This document shows, piece by piece, positions 38,922-48,021 of a stretch of DNA of 64,000 nucleotides. The DNA comes from Gaiellaceae bacterium (GTDB lineage Bacteria > Actinomycetota > Thermoleophilia > Gaiellales > Gaiellaceae): NCBI GenBank assembly GCA_050697375.1, contig JBOGZQ010000006.1:1390-65389 (forward strand). Direction: 5' to 3'. Within the stretch, counting starts at the first letter, position 1; each line of letters starts with the position of its first letter. The translations under genes and the position numbers were made by a program. The notes beneath the pieces are model-generated. The model searched no databases, was not told the origin of the DNA, and saw only the letters and a list, made by a program, of their open reading frames with translations.

Positions 38922-39875
38922 ATGGCGACGGCTGCCGGGACCACCACCAAGTGGTCCCGGCGTCGCCGCCTTTCATGGGGTCGCGCCGGTCGCGCGGCGG
39001 TGCCGTACGCGCTCGTCGCGCCGGTCGTCGGCGTGATGGGGGCGATCCTCGGCTACCCGATCTACAGCCTCGTTCGGATCTCGCTCGAGCGGTATGGGCT
39101 GTTCGAGCTGATCCAGCACCACGGCGTCTACATCGGGCTGCACAACTTCGGGCTCATCCTGCATGACAGTGTTTTCTGGCACACCCTGCTGCGGACGATC
39201 GTCTTCGCCGTTGCGAACGTCGGGCTGACGCTCGTCATCGGCACGTTCATCGCGCTGCTGCTCGTCCGCATTTCGACCTGGGTGCGCCTGCTCGTCACCG
39301 CCGGCCTCGTGCTCGTGTGGTCGATGCCGCCCGTGGTCGCCGTGCAGATCTGGAACTGGATGACGAACGTGCAGAACGGCGTCCTCAACTACATCCTGAC
39401 CGAGCTCCACGTCGGAAACTACTTCCAGCACAACTGGTACACGACGAGCTTCTCGCAGCTCGCGATGGTGACGACGCTGATCGTGTGGGGTGCGCTGCCG
39501 TTCGTGGCGATCACCGTCTACGCCGCGCTGTCGCAGGTGCCGCGCGAGCTCGTCGAGGCGGCGGAGATCGACGGCGCCCGCTCGTGGCGCGTCTTCCTCG
39601 ACGTGACGATGCCCGTGATCATGCCGGTCATCCTCATCCTCACGAGCCTCTCGATCCTGTGGGACTTCGGCGTGTTCACACAGCCGTACCTGCTCATCGG
39701 GCAGGCGCACATCACCACGGGGAACTACCTAATGGGGATCTACCTCTTCGAGCAGGGATACGTGCGCGCGGACTTCGGGCTCGGCGCGGCCATCTCGATC
39801 CTGATGCTCGTGATCGTCGCCGCGATGAGCGTCGTGTATGTGCGGCGGATGATCCGGATCGGTGAGGTCACGTGA
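38922..39875 (+). CDS. sugar ABC transporter permease
   Basis: Track ORF of 317 aa. EAA-loop region: VPRELVEAAEIDGARSWRVFLDVTMPVIMPV. Confidence 0.88.
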   Translation: MATAAGTTTKWSRRRRLSWGRAGRAAVPYALVAPVVGVMGAILGYPIYSLVRISLERYGLFELIQHHGVYIGLHNFGLILHDSVFWHTLLRTIVFAVANVGLTLVIGTFIALLLVRISTWVRLLVTAGLVLVWSMPPVVAVQIWNWMTNVQNGVLNYILTELHVGNYFQHNWYTTSFSQLAMVTTLIVWGALPFVAITVYAALSQVPRELVEAAEIDGARSWRVFLDVTMPVIMPVILILTSLSILWDFGVFTQPYLLIGQAHITTGNYLMGIYLFEQGYVRADFGLGAAISILMLVIVAAMSVVYVRRMIRIGEVT

Positions 39876-40705
39876 GCGTGCGCGGCGCGCACAAGGCGGC
39901 CTGGAACACGGTCGGCGTCCTGCTGTTCGTCGTGTGCGTCTTCCCCGTCTTCTGGATGATCTCGACGGCGTTCAAGACGGACGACCAGATCAACGCGCTC
40001 ACGCCGACGTGGTTCCCGCTGCATCCGACACTTCGGCACTTCCGTGACGCGCTCGCGAAGCCGTACTTCTGGACGGACGTGAAGAACAGCCTCATCGTCG
40101 TCCTCGTGACGGTGGGGATCGCGATGACCCTCGCGTTCCTCGCAGCGGTCGCGCTCTCCAAGTACCGCTTCACGGGCAGGAAGCTCTTCATCGTCCTCGT
40201 CATCGGCGTCCAGATGCTGCCGGGGGCGGGGCTGATCATCCCGCTCTACGTCGTGCTCGCCCGCTTCCACGAGGTGAACACGCTGACGGGCGTCATCCTC
40301 GTCTACCTCACCGGCGCGCTTCCATTCTCCGTCTGGACGCTTCGCGGCTTCATCCTCGGCATCCCGAAAGAGCTCGAGGAGGCCGCCATGGTGGACGGGA
40401 GCACGCGGTTCGGGGCGTTCGCCCGGATCCTCCTCCCGCTCGTCGCACCGGGGCTCGTCGCAACGTCCGTCTTCGCGTTCATCACGAGCTGGAACGAGTA
40501 CATCTTCGCCCGCGTGCTCCTGAACGACGGATCGAAGCAGACCGTGACGGTCTGGCTCTCGTACTTCCTCGGCACGAGCCGCGAGACCGACTGGGGCGCG
40601 CTCATGGCTGCGTCGACCCTCACCGCGATCCCCGTCGTCATCTTCTTCCTGCTCATCCAGCGGCGCATCGCCTTCGGGCTGACCGCAGGAGCGGTGCGAG
40701 GCTAA
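39872..40705 (+). CDS. sugar ABC transporter permease
   Basis: Track ORF of 277 aa. Sequence: IPKELEEAAMVDGSTRFGAFARILLPLVAPGL. GTGA overlap with the upstream permease. Confidence 0.88.
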   Translation: MSVRGAHKAAWNTVGVLLFVVCVFPVFWMISTAFKTDDQINALTPTWFPLHPTLRHFRDALAKPYFWTDVKNSLIVVLVTVGIAMTLAFLAAVALSKYRFTGRKLFIVLVIGVQMLPGAGLIIPLYVVLARFHEVNTLTGVILVYLTGALPFSVWTLRGFILGIPKELEEAAMVDGSTRFGAFARILLPLVAPGLVATSVFAFITSWNEYIFARVLLNDGSKQTVTVWLSYFLGTSRETDWGALMAASTLTAIPVVIFFLLIQRRIAFGLTAGAVRG

Positions 40706-40720
40706 GTGGTATTGACCACT
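40705..40720. promoter_or_regulatory. dre-like operator AGTGGTATTGACCACT (near-palindrome)
   Basis: 14/16 match to the dre consensus AGTGGTCTAGACCACT. It starts at the last base of the permease stop codon, 9 nt before the fusion-gene ATG. Confidence 0.55.
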
Positions 40721-40728
40721 GAGCCGGG

Positions 40729-42573
40729 ATGCGCAAGGATGTCGAAGTGACCCTCCAACCGCGCGCGACGAGCGTCGGCTGCTCGTACTTCGGAGTACGG
40801 GTCGTCCGTCACGTTCGACGCGACATGGCCGACCTCGCCGCGCGCGGCTATACGGGAGTGCTGCACACGTTCTCGGAGAACGACCTCGCCTACTACCGCG
40901 AGACGTTTGCCGAGATCGTCGCTGCTTCTCACGACGCGGGGCTGACGGTGCAGGTGAGCCCGTGGGGGCTCGGCCGCACGTTCGGCGGCGAGGCGGAGAG
41001 CCGCTGGGTTGCCTTCCACCCGGAGGAGTGCCAGGTGATGGACGATGGCCGTCGCGTCGCGGCCGCGTGTCTCAACAGCCCGGCGTACCGGGCGTTCTGC
41101 AAGGAGTGGGCTGCGGTTGCGCTCGACGCGGGCGTCGACGCCGTCTTCTGGGACGAACCGGCGTGGGTTGTCCCGGTCCACGTCGGCGTCGACGACCCGT
41201 CGCGCTGGACGTGCCGCTGCGACCACTGCCGCGAGCGCTTCGGCGCCGAGATCCCCGGCGAGCTGACCTCGGACGTGCGCGCGTTCCGCGAGGCGTCCGT
41301 CGTCCACTTCCTCCGCGAAGCGGTGGCCGACGTTGCAGCCCGCGGCGGGAAGAACACGATCTGCCTCCTGCCGGCGACGGAGGGCGCGCACGGCATCTCC
41401 GACTGGGACTCGGTCGCGTCGCTGCCTGGGCTCACGACCTTCGCGACCGATCCGTACTGGAAGCACTGGGGCGAGCCGGCCGGCACCTTCGTCAACCGCT
41501 TCGCGAAACTGCTCTCGGAGACCTGCGCGCGGCACGGCGTCGGCGCACAGCTCTGGGTCCCGAGCTTCGGCCTGACGAAAGAGGAGATCCCCGACCTCGA
41601 GGACGCGATCCAGGGCGCGCGCGACGCAGGGATCGAGGATCTCTGGACGTGGGGCTACGAGGCGTGCGGGCACATGTCCGCGCTCGCGACGCCGGATGCG
41701 CCTCTCGTCTGGGAGGCGGTCACCGCCGCGCTCACCGGCGCGCCCGCCCTCGAGTCGCGCTCGACCCGCTCGCTCGTCGGGCTCATGAACGCCGCCGACG
41801 ACAGCGTCGCCGACGCGGTCGCCGCAGCGGGCGATGCGCTCGCAGTCGCGATCGACGCGATCGGCGGGCGGCTCGGACGCGGAGGACGTCTCGTCTACGT
41901 CGGCGCAGGCACCTCGGGCCGGATTGCCGAGCTCGACGCGATGGAGTGCAGCCCGACCTTCGGGTCGCCGCCGGGCGAAGTGATTGCGATTGCCGTCGAC
42001 GCGTTCGATGCCGAGGACGACGCCGAGCTCGGGCGGACGCTCGTCCGTGAGGCCGGAGTCAGCGCGGACGACGCGGTCGTCGCGATCAGCGCGAGCGGTT
42101 CGACGCCGTTCACAATCGCCGCCTTCGAGGAGGCGCGAGGTCGCGGCGCTCTCGGCGTCGCGGTCGTGTGCGCGCCTGGGAGCGAGCTCGAAGCCGCGTC
42201 CGACCATGCGGTCGTCGCCGACGTCGGCCCGGAGATCGTCAGCGGCTCGACCCGGCTGAAGGCCGGGACTGCGCAGAAGATGATCGTCAACGCGATCTCC
42301 ACGGTTTCGATGATCCGGCTCGGCCGCACGTACGCCGGATTGATGGTCGGCGTCGTGCAGCAGAACACGAAGCTGCGGGAACGCGCACGCCGAAACGTCG
42401 TGCTCGCGAGCGGCGCGCCGGAAGATGCGGTCGACAGTGCTCTAGCCGCCGCAGGCGGGGACGCACGGGTTGCGCTCGTCGCGCTTCTCGCGGGCGTCGA
42501 TCCCGACGACGCGCGCCGCCGGCTCGAAGGCGCAGGCGGCTCGGTGAGCCACGCGCTCGGAGATGCCCGGTGA
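40729..42573 (+). CDS. murQ: fusion of an uncharacterised GH-A/GH42-like TIM-barrel domain (N-terminal, about 330 aa) with N-acetylmuramic acid-6-phosphate etherase MurQ (C-terminal SIS domain)
   Basis: Track ORF of 614 aa. The C-terminal half reads RLVYVGAGTSGRIAELDAMECSPTFG...AISASGSTPF...GSTRLKAGTAQKMIVNAIST. The N-terminal half has CLNSPAYRAF...FWDEPAW...WTCRCDHCRERF. Confidence 0.8.
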   Translation: MRKDVEVTLQPRATSVGCSYFGVRVVRHVRRDMADLAARGYTGVLHTFSENDLAYYRETFAEIVAASHDAGLTVQVSPWGLGRTFGGEAESRWVAFHPEECQVMDDGRRVAAACLNSPAYRAFCKEWAAVALDAGVDAVFWDEPAWVVPVHVGVDDPSRWTCRCDHCRERFGAEIPGELTSDVRAFREASVVHFLREAVADVAARGGKNTICLLPATEGAHGISDWDSVASLPGLTTFATDPYWKHWGEPAGTFVNRFAKLLSETCARHGVGAQLWVPSFGLTKEEIPDLEDAIQGARDAGIEDLWTWGYEACGHMSALATPDAPLVWEAVTAALTGAPALESRSTRSLVGLMNAADDSVADAVAAAGDALAVAIDAIGGRLGRGGRLVYVGAGTSGRIAELDAMECSPTFGSPPGEVIAIAVDAFDAEDDAELGRTLVREAGVSADDAVVAISASGSTPFTIAAFEEARGRGALGVAVVCAPGSELEAASDHAVVADVGPEIVSGSTRLKAGTAQKMIVNAISTVSMIRLGRTYAGLMVGVVQQNTKLRERARRNVVLASGAPEDAVDSALAAAGGDARVALVALLAGVDPDDARRRLEGAGGSVSHALGDAR

Positions 42574-43667
42574 GGCTCGGCGTCGAAGCTGCACTCGTCC
42601 GTGGCGAGCTCGTCGCCGGGGACGTCGAGGTCGAAGACGGCATCGTCGTCGAGGTTGGTCTCTCCGGCGGGAAACGCGGACGCATCGCCGTCCCGGGATT
42701 CGTCGACCTCCAGGTGAACGGATTCGGCGGGGTGGACTTCCTCGCCGCCTGCACCGAGGACTACGTGCGCGCCGGCGAGGCGCTGCTCCTGACCGGCGTG
42801 ACCGCCTATCAGCCGACGTTCATCACCGCGGCGGAGAGCACGATGGTCGAAGCGCTCCATGCGCTGCCCGCGAACGGCGCCCGCCCAAGCATCCTCGGCG
42901 CGCACCTGGAAGGCCCGTTCCTTTCGCCCGAGCGCGGCGGTGCGCATCCGCCGGCGCACCGGCGCGATCCCGACGTCGACCTGCTCGAGCGGCTGCTCGA
43001 GCCGGGGCGCGTGACCGAGATGACGGTCGCGCCGGAGCTGCCGGGTGCGGGGGCGATCATCCAGCGCCTCCTGGGACGCGGCGTCGTCGTCTCCGCCGGT
43101 CACACGAATGCGACCGCCGAGGAGGCGCACGAAGCGTTCGACCTCGGCGTCTCGACCGTGACGCACCTCTTCAACGCGATGCGGCCGTTCCGTTCGCGCG
43201 ATCCCGGCATCGCCGGCGTCGCGCTGACGCGCCCCGACGTGTGCGTGCAGATGATCGTCGACGGCCACCATCTCGCCGACGAGACGGTCCGGCTCGTGTG
43301 GGCCGCCGCCGGCGGCCGGGTCGCGCTCGTCACGGACGCGACCGCGGGAGCGTCGAACGGTGGCGGCATCTACCAGTTGGGCGACGTCGAGATCGCGGTC
43401 GCGGACGGCCCGCCGACGCGCGGTGACGGCGTCCTCGCGGGCACGGTGCTGACGATGATCGACGCGGTTCGCAACGTGCACGCACTCGGGATCCCCTTCG
43501 AGGATGCGATCGGCGCGGCAACCGCCGTTCCTGCGCGCATTCTCGGGCGCACCGACGTCGGCGTGCTCGAACCTGGCGGACCGGCCGACGTCGTCGTCAT
43601 CGACGATCGGCTCGACATCGTGCACGTGCTCTGCGCTGGAGAAGAGCGTGTCGTGGCTCGAGACTGA
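42570..43667 (+). CDS. nagA: N-acetylglucosamine-6-phosphate deacetylase
   Basis: Tail of track ORF 42168..43667 from the GTG at 42570 (GTGA overlap). Sequence: PGFVDLQVNGFGGVDF...GAHLEGPFLSP...SAGHTNAT...VTHLFNAM...VTDA. Confidence 0.9.
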   Translation: MRLGVEAALVRGELVAGDVEVEDGIVVEVGLSGGKRGRIAVPGFVDLQVNGFGGVDFLAACTEDYVRAGEALLLTGVTAYQPTFITAAESTMVEALHALPANGARPSILGAHLEGPFLSPERGGAHPPAHRRDPDVDLLERLLEPGRVTEMTVAPELPGAGAIIQRLLGRGVVVSAGHTNATAEEAHEAFDLGVSTVTHLFNAMRPFRSRDPGIAGVALTRPDVCVQMIVDGHHLADETVRLVWAAAGGRVALVTDATAGASNGGGIYQLGDVEIAVADGPPTRGDGVLAGTVLTMIDAVRNVHALGIPFEDAIGAATAVPARILGRTDVGVLEPGGPADVVVIDDRLDIVHVLCAGEERVVARD

Positions 43668-44685
43668 GCTGCGCGAGCAGCCGGCGGCTCTGGCGCGTTT
43701 GCTCGAGCGCCAGAGCGCGCGTGCGGACGAGCTCGCGCGCGTCTTCCGGCGCGATGACGTTCGCTACGTGTTGATCGCGTCGCGCGGCAGCTCGTCGAAC
43801 GCCGCTCGCTATGCGCAGTACGTCATCGGCCGCGCAAACCGCGTGCCGGTGACATTCGCGACGCCGTCGCTGTACACGATCTACGAGCAGCCACCGCGTC
43901 TCGACGGGGCGATCGTCCTCGGCATCTCGCAGTCGGGAGCGTCTCCCGACGTGCGCGCGGTGCTCGCCGAGGCGCGCCGCCAGGGACGACCGACGATCGC
44001 GCTGACGAACGACGAGGGCTCGCCGCTCGCGGACGAGGCCGGGTACGTGCTGCCGCTCGAGGCGGGCGAGGAGAAGGCGGTCGCAGCCACCAAGACGTAT
44101 CTCAACTCGCTCGGAGCGATCGCGATGCTGTTCGCGGCGATCGGCGAGGACCGCGTCGCACGGGCAGAGCTCGAGCGCGTGCCGGCCGTGCTCGACGAGC
44201 AGATCGAGCTGTCGTTCGCGACCGCGCCCGCGCTCTCGCAGTACGCCGACATCATCGGCGCGACCGTCGTCGCGCGTGGCGTCAACTACGGCACGGCGTA
44301 CGAGATCGCGCTGAAGATCCGCGAGCTGTCCGGCCTCATGGTCGAGGCGTACTCGCCCGCCGACCTGATGCACGGCCCGATCGCGGCGATCCAGCCGGGC
44401 TGGCCCGTCGTCGTCGTCGCTCCCACCGGCCCGGCGCACGAGAGCGTCGCCGAGCTCGTGCCTGCGCTCGCGTCCCGCCGAGCCAGGCTCCTCGCGGTGT
44501 CCGACGTGCACGAGCTGTTGCTGCGGTCGAACACGCCGCTCCCGCTCGTCACCGGCGTGCCCGAATGGCTCAGTCCGCTCGTCGCAGTCGTGCCCGGTCA
44601 GGTGACCGCGATGCAGCTCGCGCAGCTGCGCGGGCTCGACGTCGACAATCCCAGCGGGCTTCGCAAGATCACGCTCACGCGCTAG
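43648..44685 (+). CDS. SIS-domain sugar-phosphate isomerase/deaminase (GlmS C-terminal-like, NagB-II/AgaS type)
   Basis: Track ORF 43504..44685; the likely GTG start is 43648. It has two SIS repeats (LIASRGSSSNAARYAQY..., GISQSGASPD, VARGVNYGTAYEIALKIRELS). Confidence 0.8.
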   Translation: MSWLETELREQPAALARLLERQSARADELARVFRRDDVRYVLIASRGSSSNAARYAQYVIGRANRVPVTFATPSLYTIYEQPPRLDGAIVLGISQSGASPDVRAVLAEARRQGRPTIALTNDEGSPLADEAGYVLPLEAGEEKAVAATKTYLNSLGAIAMLFAAIGEDRVARAELERVPAVLDEQIELSFATAPALSQYADIIGATVVARGVNYGTAYEIALKIRELSGLMVEAYSPADLMHGPIAAIQPGWPVVVVAPTGPAHESVAELVPALASRRARLLAVSDVHELLLRSNTPLPLVTGVPEWLSPLVAVVPGQVTAMQLAQLRGLDVDNPSGLRKITLTR

Positions 44686-45448
44686 CGCGACGCAGGACGA
44701 CAAGATCCTGCGTCGGGTTTCCGCGCGCGCCTTCCGGCTCGAGCGTCTCGAGCTCGAAGCCCTGCGCGAGCGTCTCGCGGAGGTAGCGCTCGGGGTGGTA
44801 GGCGCTGCACAGGTTGCTGCCCGGAAGGTCGCCCCAGCGGACGACGAGATCGCCTCGCTCGAAGCGGTCGCGCTCGCCGGGCTCGAGACGCGGCAGGTAG
44901 GAACGGCCGTGGGTCGTCAGCAGCAGCCGTCCACCGGGACGGAGCACCCGTCGGAGCTCGTCGCGCCATCCGGTCTGGAGCTCCGCAGTGAGATGCGTGA
45001 ACACCGAGAGCGCATACACGAGGTCGAAGCTCGCGTCCGCGCGGTCGAGCGGCGGTGCAAGGTCGTTCCGGGCGACGCGCGCGAACCAAAGATGGTCGGC
45101 ACACCACTCGACCGCGCCCGCGTCGCGGTCGCTGCCCGCGACCGTTCCGCGGTGGCCGTCCCAGTAGCGCAGCACCCGCCCGCATCCGCAGCCGAAGTCG
45201 AGGACGTCGGCGACGTCGCCGAGCGGAATGTTCGCGGCGATCGCGTCGTACGCGGCTCGCCCGCTGCGCAGGAACCAGTCAGCGTCCGCCGTTCCCGCGA
45301 CGCGCACCATCAGACGCCGCGGCGGCAGCGGCGGGCCGTCGGCCGCGTGCACGCGCGCAGGCCGGATCGCCACGGCGATCTCGTACGCGCGGAACGCAGG
45401 CCCGAGAAGGCCTGTTCGCTGCGCGAGGCGGAGGAGGCGCCGCTTCAC
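44675..45448 (-). CDS. class I SAM-dependent methyltransferase
   Basis: Track ORF of 257 aa. Sequence: VLDFGCGCGRVLRYW...LRPGGRLLLTTHG. Confidence 0.7.
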   Translation of the reverse strand: MKRRLLRLAQRTGLLGPAFRAYEIAVAIRPARVHAADGPPLPPRRLMVRVAGTADADWFLRSGRAAYDAIAANIPLGDVADVLDFGCGCGRVLRYWDGHRGTVAGSDRDAGAVEWCADHLWFARVARNDLAPPLDRADASFDLVYALSVFTHLTAELQTGWRDELRRVLRPGGRLLLTTHGRSYLPRLEPGERDRFERGDLVVRWGDLPGSNLCSAYHPERYLRETLAQGFELETLEPEGARGNPTQDLVVLRRASA

Positions 45449-45482
45449 CGCGCAGGACGGTACAGCGCCCTACACTGAGCGC

Positions 45483-46424
45483 GTGGCGCAGGCGCCCGTA
45501 CTTCCGGCCGGATTCGAGCTGCCGCTCGAGCCGCGCCTGCCGCGCATCGGCTCGGTCGACGCCGTCGCGCTCGAGGAGCGCGCCGCGTCGCTCGCGAAGC
45601 GGTCGATCAAGCGCGACGCGAAGGTGTTCGCGCTCGAGCTCGCGATTCGGACCATCGACCTGACGACGCTCGAGGGCGCAGACACACCGGGCAAGGTCGC
45701 CGCGTTGTGCTCGAAGGCGCTGCGTCCCGATCCCACCGATCCGTCGATCCCGTCGTGCGCAGCCATCTGCGTGTACCCGAATCTCGTCCCGACCGCGCGC
45801 GAGAGGCTGCAGGGCAGCGGCGTGCACGTCGCCGCCGTCGCCACCGGCTTCCCATCGGGCCAGTACCCGACGTCGATCAAGGTCGCCGACGTTCGCAGCG
45901 CGGTCGAGCTCGGCGCGGACGAGATCGACATGGTCATCGACCGTGGCGCGTTCCTCTCCGGCCGCTACGCGAAGGTCTACGACGAGGTCGTGCGCGTGAA
46001 GGAAGCGTGCGGCGACGCGGCGCACCTGAAGGTGATCCTCGAGACCGGCGAGCTCGGCACGTACGACAACGTCCGTCGCGCGACGCTGCTCGCGATTGCA
46101 GGGGGCGCGGACTTCGTCAAGACATCGACGGGCAAGATCGCACCGGCGGCGACGCTGCCGGTCGCGCTGTGCATGCTCGAGGCCGTCCGCGACGTGCATG
46201 CCGAGACGGGCAGGCGCGTCGGCTTCAAGGCGGCCGGCGGCATCCGGCAGGCAAAGCAGGCGGTGCAGCATCTCGTGCTCGTGCACGAGACGCTCGGGCC
46301 GGAGTGGCTGACGCCGGAGCTGTACCGCCTCGGCGCGTCGTCGCTGCTGAACGACATCCTCATGCAGCTGCGCAAGGAGAAGACCGGCGCCTACCAGAGC
46401 CCCGACTACTTCACGCTCGACTGA
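45483..46424 (+). CDS. deoC: deoxyribose-phosphate aldolase (long actinobacterial form)
   Basis: Track ORF 45228..46424 from the GTG at 45483. Sequence: IDLTTLEGADTPGKV...ICVYPNLV...ATGFPSGQ...EIDMVI...FVKTSTGK (Schiff-base Lys) ...GFKAAGGIR. Confidence 0.88.
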   Translation: MAQAPVLPAGFELPLEPRLPRIGSVDAVALEERAASLAKRSIKRDAKVFALELAIRTIDLTTLEGADTPGKVAALCSKALRPDPTDPSIPSCAAICVYPNLVPTARERLQGSGVHVAAVATGFPSGQYPTSIKVADVRSAVELGADEIDMVIDRGAFLSGRYAKVYDEVVRVKEACGDAAHLKVILETGELGTYDNVRRATLLAIAGGADFVKTSTGKIAPAATLPVALCMLEAVRDVHAETGRRVGFKAAGGIRQAKQAVQHLVLVHETLGPEWLTPELYRLGASSLLNDILMQLRKEKTGAYQSPDYFTLD

Positions 46425-46542
46425 GTAACGGAGATGGGGACGAAGACTTCGCCTATCGCGACACATCCGGCACACCGCCGCGACGGTTGGCGCCCTACCG
46501 TTTGCCCCGCCCTAAAGGGTGGGGGGATGGAGGTGGGAGTGC

Positions 46543-48021
46543 GTGGCTGAGCTCGACAAAAAGAGCGGCGGCGCGCCTGCCGTTCCCGACGACTGGACGT
46601 ACGCGCCCGCGCCCGAGTCGACGGAGATCGTCAAGCTTCGGGAGCGGTACGGCCTCTTCGTCGGCGGCGAGTGGATCGAGCCGAGCGAGACATACGAGAC
46701 GATCTCACCCGTGAGCGAGCAGCCGCTCGCGGTCGTCGGCCAGGCCACGCCGGCGGACGTCGACCGCGCCGTCGCGGCGGCGCGCACCGCTTTCGCCGAC
46801 GGCTGGTCGTCGCTGCCCGGCTCGGAGCGCGCGAAGTACCTGTTCCGCATCGCGCGCATCCTCCAGGAGCGCGCTCGCGAGTTCGCCGTCCTCGAGTCGA
46901 TGAACGGCGGGAAACCGATCAAGGAGTCGCGCGACGTCGATCTGCCGCTCGCGGCCGCGCACTTCTTTTACTACGCCGGCTGGGCGGACAAGCTCGAGTA
47001 CGCGTTCCCGAACCGCCGCCCGCGCCCCGTCGGCGTCGCCGGCCAGATCATCCCTTGGAACTTCCCGCTCCTCATGCTCGCGTGGAAGATCGCGCCCGCT
47101 CTCGCGTGCGGGAATACCGTCGTGTTGAAGCCGGCGGAGACGACGCCGCTCACGGCGCTCCTCTTCTGCGACGTGCTCCGCCAGGCGGAGCTGCCGCCCG
47201 GCGTCGTCAACATCGTCACCGGCGACGGGCGCACCGGCGCCGCGCTCGTCGAGAGCGACGGCGTCGACAAGATCGCGTTCACCGGCTCGACCGACGTCGG
47301 GAAGGCAATCCAGCGGCAGCTCGCCGGCTCGGGGAAGAAACTCACCCTCGAGCTCGGCGGGAAGGCGGCGAACATCGTGTTCGACGACTGCGCGCTCGAC
47401 CAGGCCGTCGAGGGGATCGTCAACGGCATCTACTTCAACCAGGGCCACGTGTGCTGCGCCGGCTCGCGCCTGTTCGCCCAGGAGTCGATCTACGAGCCGC
47501 TCGTCGAGAAGCTCAAGCGGCGCCTCGAGACGCTTCGCGTCGGCGACCCGCTCGACAAGAACACCGACGTCGGCGCGATCAACTCCGCGATGCAGCTGGA
47601 GAAGATCCGCGAGCTCGTCGAGTCCGGCCGTGAGGAAGGCGCGGAGATCTACCAGCCGCCGTGCCGCCTGCCGGAGAAGGGCTACTGGTTCGTGCCGACC
47701 GTCTTCACGAACGTCGCGCAGAGCTACCGCATCGCACAGGAGGAGATCTTCGGGCCGGTGCTGTCGGTGCTCACGTTCCGCACACCGGAAGAGGCGCTCG
47801 AGAAGGCGAACAACACGCCGTACGGGTTGAGCGCCGGCGTCTGGACCGAGAAGGGCTCGCGCATCCTCTGGATGGCGCAACGACTCCGCGCCGGCGTCGT
47901 GTGGGCGAACACGTACAACCGCTTCGACCCGAGCTCGCCGTTCGGCGGCTACAAGGAATCCGGCTTCGGCCGCGAGGGCGGGTTGCACGGCCTCGAGCCG
48001 TACCTGAGGTTCGACGAATGA
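46543..48021 (+). CDS. NAD(P)-dependent aldehyde dehydrogenase
   Basis: Track ORF 46519..48021. GTG 46543 sits behind a GGAGGTGGGAG RBS. Sequence: IPWNFPLLMLAWKIAPALACGNTVVLKPAE, ELGGKAANIVF, NQGHVCCAGSRL (catalytic Cys). Confidence 0.92.
   Translation: MAELDKKSGGAPAVPDDWTYAPAPESTEIVKLRERYGLFVGGEWIEPSETYETISPVSEQPLAVVGQATPADVDRAVAAARTAFADGWSSLPGSERAKYLFRIARILQERAREFAVLESMNGGKPIKESRDVDLPLAAAHFFYYAGWADKLEYAFPNRRPRPVGVAGQIIPWNFPLLMLAWKIAPALACGNTVVLKPAETTPLTALLFCDVLRQAELPPGVVNIVTGDGRTGAALVESDGVDKIAFTGSTDVGKAIQRQLAGSGKKLTLELGGKAANIVFDDCALDQAVEGIVNGIYFNQGHVCCAGSRLFAQESIYEPLVEKLKRRLETLRVGDPLDKNTDVGAINSAMQLEKIRELVESGREEGAEIYQPPCRLPEKGYWFVPTVFTNVAQSYRIAQEEIFGPVLSVLTFRTPEEALEKANNTPYGLSAGVWTEKGSRILWMAQRLRAGVVWANTYNRFDPSSPFGGYKESGFGREGGLHGLEPYLRFDE

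Noticed and set aside
46425-46542. Hairpin CCCCGCCC-TAAA-GGGTGGGG and a 27-codon ORF (MGTKTSPIATHPAHRRDGWRPTVCPAL) between deoC and the ALDH gene
   Set aside because: The stem relies on a G-T pair and has no U-tract. The small ORF has no RBS or recognisable motif. It is most simply an ordinary intergenic spacer carrying the ALDH ribosome-binding site.
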